Of a DNA stretch of 64,000 nt, positions 29,832 to 40,415 are shown piece by piece. The notes under the pieces were generated by a model. That model was not told the DNA's origin. It made no database searches and saw nothing but the letters and a program-made list of their open reading frames with translations. The DNA is taken from assembly GCA_002430735.1 (NCBI GenBank), contig DJCV01000008.1, positions 3,111-67,110 of the forward strand. Reading direction: 5' to 3'. The first letter of the stretch is position 1, and every line of letters starts with the position of its first letter. This DNA comes from Candidatus Woesebacteria bacterium UBA5941 (GTDB lineage: Bacteria; Patescibacteriota; Microgenomatia; UBA8517). The position numbers and the translations under genes were made by a program.

Positions 29832-30605
29832 TTATTTTACCTGTCCCGCCTTCATTTGCAGTTCCCAAAGTTTTGCATATGAACAAAAGCGACTAAATAC
29901 TTGGTACATCGTCATAATGACCCCCTCTTTGCCATCTCGAAACCCTTGCTTTACGATCATTCGGTACCAAAATTCTCGTCCCATTCCTGTTATAAATCGA
30001 GGGATATTCATAGGAGGGTGGTTTGCATCAAACATTAGTTTCCCTTCAATTGCTGACCACTTATTTGTTTTCTCAACCATTTCTGCAAGTGTTTCATGCT
30101 TATCGTGAACTAAATAGTTTTTCAAATATCCCATACTCCCTTCGGTTACTGGTTCCTCGTGCAGGTCTCCTGACCACATTTTAAGTGCATCTCGTCTAAA
30201 CACTCGCTTTACATAATCTGGCCACCACCCGCCGTGCCGAAACTCGCGTTTAAAGATAAAATTGGAACGAGGGATTACGTACCAATCGAACGTTGATTCA
30301 TTCACAACAGAAAGGAGTTCTTTTCGCAAAGAACTTGGCACACGCTCATCTGCGTCAATGTAAAAAATCCATTCCCCCTTTGCTTCTTTCAAACCTTTAT
30401 TTCTCCAATCTGCAAATGATGCCCCAGTGGTATAGGAAATAACTCGTGCTCCAAATTTTTGGGCAATCTGTGCGGTCGTATCGGTGGAGCCAGTGTCTAT
30501 GACAACAATCTCATCGGCAAAATCTAAACTTTGAAGGCATTTCGAAATGAGAAGCGCCTCGTTTTTAACAATCAAAACTGCTGAGAGTTTAATGGTATTT
30601 TTCAT
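29832..30605 (-). CDS. GT2 family glycosyltransferase
   Basis: LSAVLIVKNEA...IVVIDTGSTDTT...FYIDADE. It shares a WWPDY motif with the 31615 paralog. Confidence 0.8.
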   Translation of the reverse strand: MKNTIKLSAVLIVKNEALLISKCLQSLDFADEIVVIDTGSTDTTAQIAQKFGARVISYTTGASFADWRNKGLKEAKGEWIFYIDADERVPSSLRKELLSVVNESTFDWYVIPRSNFIFKREFRHGGWWPDYVKRVFRRDALKMWSGDLHEEPVTEGSMGYLKNYLVHDKHETLAEMVEKTNKWSAIEGKLMFDANHPPMNIPRFITGMGREFWYRMIVKQGFRDGKEGVIMTMYQVFSRFCSYAKLWELQMKAGQVK

Positions 30606-30698
30606 ATGGAAGGGGTTAATGCGGGTGCTTGTATAGATTTTACCTCAAATCTGACAAAAACACAGCGGAGATGTGAAAACAGAAGTATGGTTTAGGGA

Positions 30699-31613
30699 CT
30701 AGTTCCAAGAACCCTTACCAAAACGATTAAAATAGTAATCCTGAATTCCTCGCTTTTGCCACGGCCTTCCAGTTACAAGCAGTCGAAGGCTTTCACGGAT
30801 CAGCGCGAATTTTGCTCGAAGTGGCGCATACTTTATTCCAAACAACATCCTGTTCCGACTAATAAAGTAATCGTTCAGTTGACTTCCCACTGCGGAGCTT
30901 CTGGAAACTTTATGCCACAAAATCGCTTTTGGTACTACATGAATTGCATATCCACTTTTCTTAATCCGCATGGATAAGTCGGTATCTTCCAAATATAAAA
31001 AGTAGCCTTCATCGAACAGCCCAACTTTCGACAAGACGGCGGTACGAACGAAGAAGCAGGCACCTGTCGCAAAATCAGTCTCTTGCGCTATTTCAAACTG
31101 CCCAGTATCGACTTCATCAACACCATGGTTTGATCCGTAGACATTATCCCAATCGATATCTCCCCCCGCATACCAAATCACCTGTCCTAATTCACGATTT
31201 TTATATCTGCCCTTATGGAACTCAAAACCTTTTGCAAAATACATTTTTGGGGAAACCGCACCCACGTTATGGTTTTTATCTAAATAGGAACGGAGTGTTG
31301 TTACCATTTCACTATCGAGGACAGTATCGTTATTCAGGATCATGACATACTCAAACCCCAGACGGATAGCTTCCTTGATACCGACATTGTTTCCGCCAGC
31401 AAAGCCCAGATTCCTTTCATTCACGATAAGAGATACATTCCGTTTATTTTGAATAAACGCGTTTATTTTGGAGACAGATTCATTTGTTGATCCGTTATCA
31501 ACGACGTAGGTGTGTACACTTTTGGAGCCCTTTAGTTGTTCAATGCTCTTTAAGCAGTCAATTGTATCCTTCCATCCATTCCAGTTCAAAATAATAATTG
31601 CAACGCGTGACAT
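30699..31613 (-). CDS. GT2 family glycosyltransferase
   Basis: VAIIILNWNGWKDT...YVVDNGSTNES...MILNNDT. I chose the start MSRVAII, 1 nt after the upstream stop. Confidence 0.8.
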   Translation of the reverse strand: MSRVAIIILNWNGWKDTIDCLKSIEQLKGSKSVHTYVVDNGSTNESVSKINAFIQNKRNVSLIVNERNLGFAGGNNVGIKEAIRLGFEYVMILNNDTVLDSEMVTTLRSYLDKNHNVGAVSPKMYFAKGFEFHKGRYKNRELGQVIWYAGGDIDWDNVYGSNHGVDEVDTGQFEIAQETDFATGACFFVRTAVLSKVGLFDEGYFLYLEDTDLSMRIKKSGYAIHVVPKAILWHKVSRSSAVGSQLNDYFISRNRMLFGIKYAPLRAKFALIRESLRLLVTGRPWQKRGIQDYYFNRFGKGSWN

Positions 31614-31614
31614 A

Positions 31615-32505
31615 TTATATTTTGAGTTTGCGTTGGATACGCGCACGCAGTGAACCTGTTTCAATCACCTTTGCTTGTGCTTTCCAATAATTTATATCTT
31701 TCTGTGCTTTTGTAATTTCTGTAGTAACTTTATGAAGGTCAGGGGTGCTTTCAGAAAAACCTTCAAGTTGCCATAGTTTTATATATACAACCAACTCTGA
31801 GAATGACTGGAGAAGAGATGCAGCAAGACCATGCATGCCATCTTTATATCCTTCCCCTGCAAAGTAACGACTTAAAAATTCTGATGTCGGCCGATTAATG
31901 AAATCAGAGAAACTGACAGTTCTCCCTTTCTCATGAAGTTCTTTTGATTGAACAGTTGTATAACGATTTAGTCGATCAATGAATTGTTCAACGGTTTCAT
32001 AATGGTGATGCACAATTGCATGATTCGCGTCTGCCTCAATATTCATACCTCGCCCATTTGTGACCGGGACCGAATGAATAGCATCTTCCCAAGTCACTGC
32101 TCCTTTTTTAAAAAAACGAACATTATAATCTGGCCACCATCGGGAATGTTTCATCCATTTGTTAAAAATAATATTTTTCCTAGCTATTCTTACAAAATCA
32201 GCGGTATCATCGTCTGCAACTTTCTTTAACGAAACGCCTAATTCTTTCGTAAGTTCCTCATCAGCGTCAAGCACAAATATCCAGCTGCCTTTTGCCTGCT
32301 TTATCGCATAATTTCGAGCAGGTTCAACGTAGGATGTTTGTTTGTGAGGAAAGACTCGTGCTTTGAATTTCTCAGCAATGGAAACAGTGTCGTCTGAACT
32401 CTCCATATCAACAACAACAACCTCGTCTGCAAACCCTTTCACAGAACCAATCGCACGAGCAATATTTTTACCTTCATTCCTAGTATTGATAACAACAGAG
32501 ATCAT
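31615..32505 (-). CDS. GT2 family glycosyltransferase
   Basis: ISVVINTRNEGKNI...VVVVDMESSDDT...FVLDADE, plus a WWPDY motif. Confidence 0.8.
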   Translation of the reverse strand: MISVVINTRNEGKNIARAIGSVKGFADEVVVVDMESSDDTVSIAEKFKARVFPHKQTSYVEPARNYAIKQAKGSWIFVLDADEELTKELGVSLKKVADDDTADFVRIARKNIIFNKWMKHSRWWPDYNVRFFKKGAVTWEDAIHSVPVTNGRGMNIEADANHAIVHHHYETVEQFIDRLNRYTTVQSKELHEKGRTVSFSDFINRPTSEFLSRYFAGEGYKDGMHGLAASLLQSFSELVVYIKLWQLEGFSESTPDLHKVTTEITKAQKDINYWKAQAKVIETGSLRARIQRKLKI

Positions 32506-32537
32506 AGTGGTATTTTACATCAGATCAGGAATTTCAT

Positions 32538-34253
32538 TTAGTATTTCGTCTTATAAATTACGACTTCCTTGTTCTCAAAAATATTAGTGAGCTCAAGTTG
32601 TTTGTCTCCAAGTACTGCTTGTTGTGGCTGGATCCAATAAATGTACCTAATTTTATTAGTTTTTAGAAACTCTTTGGTATAGCTATGATCACCGCTTTTA
32701 TAAAACGAATCAACTAAAGCTCGTCTATCCTTCCACGGATAACTCATGATTGTTAAATTCACTTCATCCTCTAAAAAGACCGGCTTGCCACTAAAAGCGG
32801 CAACGTAAGCCGTAGATTCATACAAGTACAAGGGACGTGGAGGATTGACGACCGCAGCATCTGCCTTTGCCTTATCAAAAGGATAGGTTAAAACGGTACC
32901 TTGATCTTGTTTCTTTAGAAAAGCAAGCGCTTCAAGCTCAGCATTCGAAAGCATCGCAGGAGGTCTATTCGGTACATATACCTGATGAAGAGTAGACAAC
33001 GTAGTAGGCAGAGTCAAAAGCACAACTATAATAGATAACGTGATACGAACATTCGGGCGTCTTACAGTACTTATATAAGAAGCAAATCCCATTCCTGCAT
33101 AGAGTGATGCAATGAATAACGAATAATATAAAAACTGAATTGTGTTCCACGCGGTACCCTGCTGTACGAACAAAAGTGGTGCAAGTATTCCTCCACCTAA
33201 TACAGAAAGCATAAACAAATGAATGACATCAACGTTCCGCGATTTATAAAAATTTTTCAGCTCTACGAGTCCTATTATGCGCAAACCAAAATTGCCAGCG
33301 AGAAATATTACCAGAGCAACCAAATATCCAATTACAGCTTTTGCATATACTTGTCCTGATCTCCAATTCATAAGTGCTTCATACAATTTCGGCCAACTAA
33401 ATCGATCTGAAAGTGCCAGCATTGTTTCAAGAAACCATCCGGGTTGAAAAACAATAAGCGAAGATGAGGAGTGGTTTAATGGAATGAAGAGCAACACCGA
33501 AACAATCATCGATCCAACAAAAATAACAGCGACATTACTCTTCTTGTGTCGCAGGAAATTCCAGATACCTATCACAAATAGTGAGCCTAATGCGAGGACT
33601 CCAGCGTATGCTTTAATCTCAATTAATACCCCAAAGCATGCTATCGCTAGTAATGTGTACATCAATTGCTTTTTAGTTTTTTGCATACGAAGCAGACAAA
33701 ATATTCCAGAGAGAAGAAATATGAGCGAAAAGGCAAACGGTGGATTAATCAAAGTAGATACACCCTGCTGACTCCAAAACATCGACTCTCCACTAACCCC
33801 CTGTCCACGAGCGAGTGTCACAATCCAGCCAAAGCTACCGCCGAAATATACAAAGAATGTTGACCACCATGCTGCTTGTTTCGAATTTTTCCATTCATAG
33901 ACAACGTGCCAAACAAGCATTCCGATCCCGAACGCTAAACAAATTGGTATAACCTGGAAGTATAATAATGAAACTGGAATGCGTGTGATGATATGAAGTA
34001 CTGCTACAAATAAATCAAACCCAATATGATAGTTTTGCAATTGGACTCCTGCAAACGTGGGCATATCAAACGATCCTCTTGAGAGTGATTCAATTAAAGC
34101 GATATGCCAAATTCCATCGTGTCCATTTGGACCCCAATATCCGATACCTCCGGCAATAGGCATTCCACTTTTGACCATGGGGATAAGCCATGAAATCGCC
34201 CCCGAGAGAATCAGAATGTATTTGCCGATGTGTGAGCGTATATGTGTAATCAT
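32538..34253 (-). CDS. large polytopic membrane protein with a C-terminal extracytoplasmic domain, unknown family (GT-C/YfhO-like architecture)
   Basis: 571 aa. There are about 13 hydrophobic segments in the first 420 aa, followed by a 150 aa hydrophilic domain. Confidence 0.5.
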   Translation of the reverse strand: MITHIRSHIGKYILILSGAISWLIPMVKSGMPIAGGIGYWGPNGHDGIWHIALIESLSRGSFDMPTFAGVQLQNYHIGFDLFVAVLHIITRIPVSLLYFQVIPICLAFGIGMLVWHVVYEWKNSKQAAWWSTFFVYFGGSFGWIVTLARGQGVSGESMFWSQQGVSTLINPPFAFSLIFLLSGIFCLLRMQKTKKQLMYTLLAIACFGVLIEIKAYAGVLALGSLFVIGIWNFLRHKKSNVAVIFVGSMIVSVLLFIPLNHSSSSLIVFQPGWFLETMLALSDRFSWPKLYEALMNWRSGQVYAKAVIGYLVALVIFLAGNFGLRIIGLVELKNFYKSRNVDVIHLFMLSVLGGGILAPLLFVQQGTAWNTIQFLYYSLFIASLYAGMGFASYISTVRRPNVRITLSIIVVLLTLPTTLSTLHQVYVPNRPPAMLSNAELEALAFLKKQDQGTVLTYPFDKAKADAAVVNPPRPLYLYESTAYVAAFSGKPVFLEDEVNLTIMSYPWKDRRALVDSFYKSGDHSYTKEFLKTNKIRYIYWIQPQQAVLGDKQLELTNIFENKEVVIYKTKY

Positions 34254-34259
34254 GCAGTA

Positions 34260-35762
34260 TTAGCGAGAAAGCGCATTTCCAACAATTCTCTTGACGTCAT
34301 TTAAAAGGGTAGGCCCAATTAAGAATAGACAAGTTAACCCATACACTGCACTTCCGGTCAAAATCATAACAACTAAACTTGCAACGTTGTGAGGAAGCAG
34401 TATTCGAAGGGTCATCAAGGTCCCTCCCATGATTAAACTCGCAACAAGTGTCTTGTAAACGCCCTCCATAAGAGAAAAGTTTATTGTTTTCTTCGCAATC
34501 CACACTGCAACAATAGAGAGTGCACCAACCAACGCATATCCTTGAGCTGCTCCTACAACACCGTAGTAATATGAGAGGGCGGGAACGAACAGTAGCGTTG
34601 CGACAGTCCACATAATGATTAACTTTGATACTGTTTTGATTTTCCCGACAGCTGACAGTGTATTTGTCAGGAGCGTTGTAAATGTTGCGAAAAACGAATT
34701 AATACTCATGAAGAATAATGGCAAGAGGGCAGGTCTCCAATGATCATACTTGGGAAATATATCAATAAGTACTGGTGCGAGTACCAGAAAACCCATTAGT
34801 AGTGGGAACACCAAAAATGTGAGAAATAACATCGATCTTGTTACTGCATGTCCTAATTCATTCTTCAGATCTTGCATACGCGAGAATGCAGGAAATGTGA
34901 CTTTTGTTACGCTGTCCATGAATAGCCTTAGTGGCAATTGACTAAACTTTTGAGCAGTATTTAATATTCCGACTCCACCCACACCAAGAAGTGAACCTAA
35001 GATTAATGTGACTCCTTGATCCTTCAGCACTGAAAGGAAGGTATTAAACTGATACGGTACTCCAAATTTAAAAAGCCCACCCAATGCACTTTTTGAAAAT
35101 GCAAAACCAGGCGTCCATGGTGAAATCCAATACATAACAAGTACGCCAATAATTCCGCGTGCGAGAACAGCGTAGGTAAAACTTGTGATTCCCATCCCTT
35201 TCCAGGCCAAGGTCACGAGGACAAGATTGTAGACAAGTGCTTCAACAAGATCTGGTACTGCCATTTTTCCAAATTCGAGTTTTCGTTCTAATAAAATTGT
35301 AGGAATACTTTTCAATGACGCGAAAAAGAGTGAGGCAGATATCGCATAAAGAAGTACTTGACCCTCAGATGTCAGTTTATACGTAGACACGATACTTGGA
35401 GATAACAAAAGAATAATAACGAGTAAAGAAATTACAAGGAACTGTTGTACCGTAAAGGTTGTTCTTAATTCAACTTCAGTAACCTTATCTTTTTTTTGGA
35501 TAAGCGCGGCGGCTAAACCAATGTCTGAAAAGTAAGTCACAAATGAAACGGCAGCAGTTATAATCCAAAATGTACCAATCTGATCCTGGTTCAAAAATGC
35601 GAGAAGAAAGATAAATGCCGTCTGCGCGATCAAGTTCAGAATGAGGCCTCGCCCGGTTACAATGGCGATTCCTCGTACAGTGCGTGCTTTTACCTGCTCA
35701 AGACTAATATCTTGTTCTACCTCATGAGGCTCAACTGTTTCTTCAATTTCAATCCTTTTCAC
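34260..35762 (-). CDS. Wzx-like polysaccharide flippase (MOP superfamily)
   Basis: 500 aa and polytopic. The motif GLILNLIAQTAFIFLLAFLNQDQIGTFWIITAAVSF is typical of the PST family. Confidence 0.7.
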   Translation of the reverse strand: MKRIEIEETVEPHEVEQDISLEQVKARTVRGIAIVTGRGLILNLIAQTAFIFLLAFLNQDQIGTFWIITAAVSFVTYFSDIGLAAALIQKKDKVTEVELRTTFTVQQFLVISLLVIILLLSPSIVSTYKLTSEGQVLLYAISASLFFASLKSIPTILLERKLEFGKMAVPDLVEALVYNLVLVTLAWKGMGITSFTYAVLARGIIGVLVMYWISPWTPGFAFSKSALGGLFKFGVPYQFNTFLSVLKDQGVTLILGSLLGVGGVGILNTAQKFSQLPLRLFMDSVTKVTFPAFSRMQDLKNELGHAVTRSMLFLTFLVFPLLMGFLVLAPVLIDIFPKYDHWRPALLPLFFMSINSFFATFTTLLTNTLSAVGKIKTVSKLIIMWTVATLLFVPALSYYYGVVGAAQGYALVGALSIVAVWIAKKTINFSLMEGVYKTLVASLIMGGTLMTLRILLPHNVASLVVMILTGSAVYGLTCLFLIGPTLLNDVKRIVGNALSR

Positions 35763-35801
35763 CCTTAAATTGTATCAGAAACTGGAGATTGTGACGTACT
35801 T

Positions 35802-37535
35802 TCAAGCTGTTTCGCGCTTTTTATATAAATAGACTGACAGTACAAGAAGTGTCACCCATGAAAACAGAGACAGAATATTCCCAAATGTCCTGACTGGTGT
35901 ATCGTACAGTCGAGCAGTCACTTTATTATCACCCTTTGGTACAGTAATGTGAATTCTGCCCCATTCTTCGGTTTCAGGAATAAACTTCTCAACTTCATTC
36001 CCATTTACAAATACTTTCCATTCAGGAAAATCGAGAACCGAAATACGAATTATGGCAGGGGTTTCAGCAACAACTTTGAACTCTTCCCAGTTTGTTCCCG
36101 AACGACCTTCTTCTATGACACCCTTACCTTCCAGGATATCTGCCTGTGTTCTTCTTGGTGCCTTTGGGGCGGTCTTTGCTGTTGCAGGAAGGTAATCATA
36201 GATTCCCGCGGTTTGTTGTAATTCCCAGGCCGCGCCGGTAAATTTTTCCTCATCCGTAAGTGGCCCAAGCTTCCCGTTTTGCGGAAGGAAAAATGACCAG
36301 CTGTATGCGACGACCGCAATAATTGAGAATGTCACAATTAGATACCGGGGAACCGATTTCAGTAACGCGGCAATCCCTCCAGCGACAAAAGAAGTGCCGA
36401 GAATTACCATTGTTAAATACCTCCAAGGGAATTGAATAAACTGAAGAGCGGTAAACTGTTGCCAAATAGGAGTAGATCTCGGATGATCCATGAACGCTGC
36501 ACCTGCCGCCGTTAATCCCATTCCAAGAATGGCCCAGAAAATGGCATCAAACTTTTTTGTTTTGATCGTTCGAACAGCCAAAATAAGAGCGACAAACAAT
36601 GGGATACCCCAGTGGAACCATCCAATTTGAAATGACATTTCGTCATTCTCAAGCCAGACTGATGGACCATAACCCCAAAATCGTGAGATAAAAAGCTGCC
36701 TCAGGCTTGGGAAATGTGCGGTGAACTCATAATACCCTCGAACCAAAGTGTCTGTCTGCACAATATTTTTTTCAAAAAGCACGGGTAGTGAAAAGAATGC
36801 CGATAGTCCAATAGCTAAAGCACCTCCTGTTATGAGCGGTAAGACAGATTTCCAATTTCGTGAATAAAGGAGCCATATTGCACACCACACGGCAAAGAAT
36901 GGAGTAAAGACAATTACCATCAAATTATGTGAAGTCATAAGTGCAAACCATGACAAACTAAGGCCAATGACTGCTGGGGCATAATCAACCCATTTTTTAG
37001 ACTTTAGCGAAAGTACGTTGTATGCAAACAAGAGAATGAGTGGAAACCAAATAAGTCCCCAACTTTCATTCATAGCACCACGAACATACACATCAACGGC
37101 GTGATATGGCGCCCACACATAAAAGATCGAAGAAACAACTCCCCCAAGGCGACCAAAAAATCGTTTTGCAAGGTAATACATCGTGACTCCCGATGCTATA
37201 AACGCGACAATAAACAGCGCCTTCGCAGTATCAGCATAAGAGTAGCCGACGATTCGGAATAATTGTCCGGTCAAATACGGGAGCGGTGGGTAGAAGTTAA
37301 ACAGTGGGTATCCGTATCCATACCCCATGTCAGGAATCCATCTACATGGAATCTGTCCATCAATAAAACATTTCTCCATGTTGAGCTGACGCATCATTTG
37401 AAGATCATCGTGCATATTGAAGTACCCACTTCCAAATAATGGTTTAGCGGCAAGCCAAGCGAAGAAAAACACTGCAACTAGTGCCAAAAAATCTGGGTGA
37501 GAAGTTATCCTGCGTAATAGCTGCCTTCCAGTCAT
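35802..37535 (-). CDS. large polytopic membrane protein, paralog of 20790-22436 (tentatively PTPS-related family / GT-C-like)
   Basis: The N-terminal block YFNMHDDLQMMRQLNMEKCFIDGQIPCRWIPDMGYGYGYPLFNFYPPLPY is conserved with the paralog. Confidence 0.5.
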   Translation of the reverse strand: MTGRQLLRRITSHPDFLALVAVFFFAWLAAKPLFGSGYFNMHDDLQMMRQLNMEKCFIDGQIPCRWIPDMGYGYGYPLFNFYPPLPYLTGQLFRIVGYSYADTAKALFIVAFIASGVTMYYLAKRFFGRLGGVVSSIFYVWAPYHAVDVYVRGAMNESWGLIWFPLILLFAYNVLSLKSKKWVDYAPAVIGLSLSWFALMTSHNLMVIVFTPFFAVWCAIWLLYSRNWKSVLPLITGGALAIGLSAFFSLPVLFEKNIVQTDTLVRGYYEFTAHFPSLRQLFISRFWGYGPSVWLENDEMSFQIGWFHWGIPLFVALILAVRTIKTKKFDAIFWAILGMGLTAAGAAFMDHPRSTPIWQQFTALQFIQFPWRYLTMVILGTSFVAGGIAALLKSVPRYLIVTFSIIAVVAYSWSFFLPQNGKLGPLTDEEKFTGAAWELQQTAGIYDYLPATAKTAPKAPRRTQADILEGKGVIEEGRSGTNWEEFKVVAETPAIIRISVLDFPEWKVFVNGNEVEKFIPETEEWGRIHITVPKGDNKVTARLYDTPVRTFGNILSLFSWVTLLVLSVYLYKKRETA

Positions 37536-37552
37536 TGTAGTTGATCATAGCA

Positions 37553-37585
37553 TAAAAAAGGGTATATGAGCGTGCTCATATACCC
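37553..37585 (-). terminator. intrinsic terminator (11 bp perfect stem GGGTATATGAG / CTCATATACCC, 4 nt loop, then a T6 tract on the minus strand)
   Basis: The perfect inverted repeat sits at 37560-37585. The A6 run at 37554-37559 is the minus-strand U-tract. It lies right after the stop of the 37593-38033 gene. Confidence 0.55.
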
Positions 37586-37592
37586 AGGGTTC

Positions 37593-38033
37593 CTAAAAGC
37601 AGGAAACATATACCGCAAGTGGTGACAATGAACGTCCCTGGCTATGAATAGACCAGACGTTATTATATAAACGTGCTGTCATAAACTTGGTAACACCATT
37701 TCTTTTTGCCGAATCAAATACCTGATCCAGCTTATCGGTTGATGAAACATGCGCATCTTTCCAATGCGGGCCAAAGACAACAGACAGATATTTGCCCCTC
37801 ATTGACACGTCCCACGTAAAAATCGCTGCAATAACAGCTTGAGTAGAACTGAGCCGAATTAACGCAACTGCGGTTGTCTCAGTGTGAAACGTCGTCTGCG
37901 TTATTGAAATGCGAGGCTTATATCCAATTCGCTCCTCGATATGTCGTGCTGCAAACAAAGTGCTTTTTTGAGGATTCTCGCTACTAAAAACAGCAACTCC
38001 GCTGGGCAGTACTGTGATAACGCGATGCATCAC
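37593..38033 (-). CDS. hypothetical soluble protein (146 aa)
   Basis: Clean ORF, followed by a strong terminator. GC is higher than in the neighbouring genes. I recognised no motif. Confidence 0.45.
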   Translation of the reverse strand: MMHRVITVLPSGVAVFSSENPQKSTLFAARHIEERIGYKPRISITQTTFHTETTAVALIRLSSTQAVIAAIFTWDVSMRGKYLSVVFGPHWKDAHVSSTDKLDQVFDSAKRNGVTKFMTARLYNNVWSIHSQGRSLSPLAVYVSCF

Positions 38034-38086
38034 AATCTCCTTTAAATAGGCTTGTAATTGGAGGTTAGTATACGGGGCAAACGTAC

Positions 38087-39619
38087 TTATTTCAATTCAA
38101 AAAAGTAATACGTCTCCTGCGGTCCTGACTGAACATACTCGTGTGTACCTGGTGTCCGTGCAGGTTTAACGTATGAATACAAGAGATTTAATCCCTCTTT
38201 TTTAAATTCTTCGTTTAATCGTGAAGAGTTCACGACAAAGTATGTTTTATTCCCAGATTGTTTGGAGGCAATCAAACTGTCAGGGATTTTTTTGAAATTT
38301 AATCCGGTACCAATAATAGTTACATTTGGTACTTTTTCCAAATATACCTGTAATCCATCAGGTAACGTACCAAAATAACCTTCAGTCCCAATCACAATTT
38401 TCTCGTCTGGATGCAAAAGTGCTTCTTTTCGCACAAGCGCTGCCGTTTCTGCAATTCCCCACCCAGCGCTCCACTCTTGAAAATAGCCAGAGCGTTCGCT
38501 TTGTGGAAGCGGTGCATCAACTGGTTTTTGCCAAAACATTGTAAGAATGGACATGGAGTGGAGTGCAAACAACAGAGCGAACGGAATTACATACTTTGCT
38601 TTTACAAACGTTACAAACCCACCTAATACAAAAAGTGGTGGCAAGGTATATAGGATGTACCTTGCAGTGAATGCTTTGGAATACATACTCCCCACCAAGA
38701 AAGGAAATGCAAAAAGGAGAACAAGCGTAACTGCTTGGAATGGCTTCTTTTTGACGAGGACAAAATATCCTCCAACCGCAGCAATGAGCAGCTCAAAGGG
38801 TGCAAGTGCCACAAGCCACTCAAGTGCTCGATCAATATTATAAATAAAAGGATCTCGTGGGTTTTGTAAAATGTGATCAAACGGAAACACATAATCTAAA
38901 TTCCGAATCGCAATCATATGATAATTTGGTCCAAGCCTCATTATCTGAGATAAACCGTATCCAATTACGAACGTTGTAATCCAAATACCAGCGACTTTCG
39001 CGGCAGTCAGGATTCGAGGTTGTTCTTTACCGCGCAAAAAGAAAACACTTAGGGGTGTCATTAACGCAAAAAAGAGCCCAGGCGACTTCGTGAGGAGGGA
39101 ACCTGCAAGCATAAAACCGCTAAGCATCGCGAAATCGAATCGCATTTTTTGAATGGCGAGAATTAAAAATACGAAAAACCATACCCCAAACATGGCGAGC
39201 ATCGAATCAACCAAAGCCATTCTGTCAAAGAAGAATACAAACGGAGAGAGTGCATAAAGAAATCCAGAAAAGAGTGCAGATTTTTTTGACTTAGAAATAA
39301 TAAAATTTAGAGCGATTATGCCGAGTAATGTTGAAACCCCCGATAAAACAGAAACCATTCGACCAGCTATAAGTGGGTCTTGGAACAATTTCAAAAATGG
39401 AATTACTGTCCACATAAACAGTGGTTGCTTCCCATCTGAGAGCGGCACAAAACGAAGCGTCGGTTCTGCTCGCATTACTTGAGCCCATCGAATATATATC
39501 GCTTCATCTGCAAAAATAGGAATTTCTGTTAAGTTTGCTAAACGAAAAATAAAGGCAAAAAGGACAAGTGCAATAACCCCTATTCCAAAAAGAACGAGCG
39601 GTTTTGAAAGTCGCAGCAT
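38087..39619 (-). CDS. GT-C membrane glycosyltransferase, ArnT-like (COG1807-type)
   Basis: FRLANLTEIPIFADEAIYIRWAQVM motif, about 13 transmembrane helices, and a C-terminal soluble domain. It sits directly downstream of a polyprenol-P GT2. Confidence 0.75.
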   Translation of the reverse strand: MLRLSKPLVLFGIGVIALVLFAFIFRLANLTEIPIFADEAIYIRWAQVMRAEPTLRFVPLSDGKQPLFMWTVIPFLKLFQDPLIAGRMVSVLSGVSTLLGIIALNFIISKSKKSALFSGFLYALSPFVFFFDRMALVDSMLAMFGVWFFVFLILAIQKMRFDFAMLSGFMLAGSLLTKSPGLFFALMTPLSVFFLRGKEQPRILTAAKVAGIWITTFVIGYGLSQIMRLGPNYHMIAIRNLDYVFPFDHILQNPRDPFIYNIDRALEWLVALAPFELLIAAVGGYFVLVKKKPFQAVTLVLLFAFPFLVGSMYSKAFTARYILYTLPPLFVLGGFVTFVKAKYVIPFALLFALHSMSILTMFWQKPVDAPLPQSERSGYFQEWSAGWGIAETAALVRKEALLHPDEKIVIGTEGYFGTLPDGLQVYLEKVPNVTIIGTGLNFKKIPDSLIASKQSGNKTYFVVNSSRLNEEFKKEGLNLLYSYVKPARTPGTHEYVQSGPQETYYFFELK

Positions 39620-39620
39620 A

Positions 39621-40367
39621 TTATTTTTTATACGCCCCGCGAAGTGAATTTATCCGAACTTCAATGAGGCCTTTTAATCCCAAGAGAGAATCTTTAATTG
39701 GATTTACTCGTACACTTCCAACGTGCTCCCAATTTACTGGCACCTCCGCAACTGATAACCCTTGTTTTCGTGCAACATAGAGTAGTTCTAAATCAAATGC
39801 CGCGGTCACTCCAGTTGTAGTGCTATGAATTGTAAAAATTTTCATGTTTTTAAAAATCTTTTGTGCAGCCGAATGCGTAAATGCTTTAAATCCGCACTGC
39901 GTATCACGGTAAGGAAGAAACAATATGATTGTTCGCAATACTAAAAACCCATATGCCATTAGTTGGCGTAATGGCGGCTCCCCTTTTCGCCCGCTTCTTG
40001 AGCCGATGACAACATCAGCTCCCTTTTCAAAATGAGGAAAGAACTTGTTTATTTCAGGTAATGGAGTTGCCTGATCCATATCACTAAAAAGAATTATTTC
40101 ACCCTTCGCCGCTAACACACCCGCAATGACAGTTCCCCCTTTACCTCGATGTCTCTCCTTTAGAAGACGAAATCCTGGATATTTTCGAATGTCTTTTTCA
40201 ATATGTATTGCCGTTTCGTCTGGAGAGCCATCGTCTACAATTACTACTTCCCACGTATATGGTTGCTTTTTGAGAAAAGAATACACTTCATTTAATACTC
40301 CACGCTTAACATTTGCAATTTCGCGATACGCAGGAATTACTACTGAAAGATAGGGTTTATTTGTCAT
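39621..40367 (-). CDS. GT2 polyprenol-phosphate glycosyltransferase (ArnC/GtrB/DPM1-like)
   Basis: LSVVIPAYREIANV...VVIVDDGSPDET...FSDMDQATP, about 248 aa. Confidence 0.8.
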   Translation of the reverse strand: MTNKPYLSVVIPAYREIANVKRGVLNEVYSFLKKQPYTWEVVIVDDGSPDETAIHIEKDIRKYPGFRLLKERHRGKGGTVIAGVLAAKGEIILFSDMDQATPLPEINKFFPHFEKGADVVIGSRSGRKGEPPLRQLMAYGFLVLRTIILFLPYRDTQCGFKAFTHSAAQKIFKNMKIFTIHSTTTGVTAAFDLELLYVARKQGLSVAEVPVNWEHVGSVRVNPIKDSLLGLKGLIEVRINSLRGAYKK

Positions 40368-40415
40368 TAGTCACATTGTATCTGCAGAGGTTCAATTTCT
40401 CAAACAAACCATCTG

